The notes below the pieces were generated by a model that was given only the letters and a program-made list of their open reading frames with translations, searched no databases and had not been told where the DNA came from. Shown piece by piece: positions 61,901-64,000 of a DNA stretch of 64,000 nt. This DNA is from Lama guanicoe (lineage: Eukaryota). Numbering within the stretch: position 1 is the first letter of the stretch; every line of letters starts with the position of its first letter. The stretch lies in assembly GCA_013239625.1 (NCBI GenBank), contig MU054400.1:355146-419145 (forward strand), read 5' to 3'. The translations under genes were made by a program, and so were the position numbers.

Positions 61901-64000
61901 AAGCTTCAAGGGTTGTCATCCAGGATGTGGGTCCTTTGGGTTAACATGAGAGACTAAGAAAAATCAATAATGGCCATTGAGGATAGGTACACATATTTCT
62001 CCAAGAGGTGATATTAAAATCACTTTTAGACGGGCAGCCCTAGAGCCCCAAGCATATTACGGGAACTTTCCTCACAGCCCCATGTCTGGGTGTCCAAGCA
62101 CAGCCCCAGCGGGTCACTAGGGAGCTGCACTCACCCCCGCAGTCCAGCACGATGCCCTCATCCATCCAGGTGGAGCAGCAGCCAGCAGGCGAAGTCTTTG
62201 TTGTCCAGATCTTGCCAGGCTCAGGTCCCTGTGACGAGCAAGCAGCTCCTGCTCTCTGAGACGGTCTCTCTGAGCCTTCCATGACTTCAAGCCCCAGGGG
62301 TGTCCTCAGACCACCACGACCACCATCACTACCACCCTCCAACCAGCCCAACTAGTCCCCAGCACAAACTTCTCATGAGGGTGCCTCAAAGTCTCCAGTG
62401 GGCTCCTGGGGAAGGGCCTGGGGCTTACCCTCCTCTATCCCTAGCCATCTGGAACCCAGGACTCCTTCCAGGGGTCACCATCTCTCTTCTCCACCTCCTA
62501 TGGCTCAAGCCCCTATGGGCAGCCTCTGACACCCAAGGATGCCACAGAGCCCTAGGAGCGCTCTCACGATGAGGATCCCAGGGCGGCTCCTGCAGCTCCT
62601 GCCCCCAACTCAGCACAGAGACCTGGCTCAACTCTCTCAGCCCAACTCCACAAGAAGAGAAGGGAGGTAAAAGGCGGGCAAGAGCTTCACAGGAGCTGGA
62701 GCCACAGCCCCTGGCCCCTTCCCCCTCCCACCCACCTCTGCCCCCTCCTGGAGGGGTGCAGTCCACATCTGCCTGGTACTTTCTCCCAGGCAGGCCAGTG
62801 TATTCCACTTCGCTGCTGTGGGGAAGGAATGTAAATTAAAACCCAAAGTGCCAAGCCCTGTGTCCAGCACTTTAGATACTTTATTTCACTTACTTCTTAC
62901 AGTTTTAACCCTTGATTTTACCTCGAAGGAAACTGAGGCTCCAAAAAGCCAGCCAGAGCAGGGCGGATCCAAACAGATCCAGACATGCTGGGTCTCTGAT
63001 CTCCACCTTTCCACCTCCCCTCGCTCAATGACAGCAGACGTTTTACTGGAGTAAGTCATTTTTCAGCTGTACTTTCAGTTGGGAAGCACATACTTTTATG
63101 AAGAGGGCTGAGGGAAGAAGCAGGGTTATCCAAATAACATGTCCCAGCCTTCAGAGTCACTGCCTTCACCTTATGGTCATTCTCAGCTTGCCTTCCAACA
63201 TACTGTGATTGAAAGTCAAGGCTCAGTAACCAACTTAAAGGAGATGTTCTGTGTGGATACGGGAGGAGGTACCTGGACATGAGGGAAGAGCTCCAGCTTC
63301 TGATTTCCTATCCTCCACCCCCTACCCTGGTCTGAGAAAGAACCACCTTGAGTTGTAAATTCCTCAAGTAAAGTGAAACTAAGCCCACCTACCTTATGGC
63401 ATTGCTGCCAAGGTCAGTGACTGTCACAAAGGGAGCCTCGGTACTGTTTATTTAATGCCTCCCTCTATACCCAGCAGACCGTACTTCCTAGGCCCCAGCA
63501 GGAGGAAGAAAATCTCACCTTGAAGGAACCAGTTTCTAGATCTCATGGTAAACCCAGCATGAGAATTCCTTTTGTCCCCAGAGACCCCCCTGACCTCACT
63601 GCTCACCCACACACCTAACACTCCCTATGCCCATCTCCCTTTCACAAACGAGTTCCCATCTCTTTTCTCAAAGAGGGGACACCACTCTGGTGTTCCTCCC
63701 ACCACCAGGAACTGGAAAACAAGATCTGCCTTTACAGAAAGAACACTATGCTCAGCAGGTCAGCCTGGCAAACTGGAGTTCCAAAAAGATGAAAAGATTC
63801 CTGGAGGGTTTTGCAGTGTTTTGGTGAGTGCCTCTGGGCAGATCACACACCATGACAACTTCTTTCCAAATTGTGACAATTCAATCATGTCTTCTACAAA
63901 GGACTGACTTTTTACAACTAACATCAGTGGTAGCTGCCCTTGCTCAATTTCCCCCAAATCTTGAAGTAAGTTTGGGATTGTGTTATGTAGAAAAATGCAT

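Noticed and set aside
63738..63823. 86-nt exon candidate (TTTACAG| ... TTG|GTGAGT)
   Set aside because: Short pyrimidine tract, unrecognised peptide and no linked exons.
1..64000. CRISPR arrays, operons, non-retroviral endogenous viral elements, or host-gene strand from L1 orientation
   Set aside because: No regular repeat-spacer arrays and no long ORFs (longest 174 aa, from L1); L1 copies lie on both strands, so no host strand can be inferred.

Overview
Eukaryotic, mammalian non-coding DNA (intronic or intergenic), most likely from a camelid. The basis is seven short tRNA-derived SINEs of the GG(G)TATAGCTCAGTGGTAGAG...GTCCTGGGTTCAATCCCCAG..CTCCA-A(n) type, which I recognise as the camelid vic-1-like family, plus young lineage-specific L1 3' ends. 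I find no host protein-coding gene, functional RNA gene, CRISPR array or operon. The recognisable protein-like ORFs are decayed L1 ORF2 or Tigger transposase, and a hAT transposase is recoverable by hand; the other ORFs look like chance frames. The window is a layered fossil record of MIR, L2, old and young L1, ERV/MaLR LTRs, Tigger and hAT-Charlie elements, many with readable target-site duplications (TSDs). The best second-look items are: (1) a hAT-Charlie fossil split by a Tigger1 (itself holding a SINE) and by an L1, which can be re-joined; (2) a Tigger13-like copy keeping extra transposase sequence; (3) a tailless L1 ORF2 fragment with a TSD; (4) two SINEs at one target site carrying about 80 nt of foreign sequence; (5) an L1 with a mini 3' transduction; (6) a few enhancer-like motif clusters, the best being an RFX/E-box palindrome at 37.0 kb. 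I cannot support a claim of a new biological system here. Repeat subfamily names come from memory of consensus sequences and need RepeatMasker/Dfam confirmation; boundaries of old repeats are approximate.
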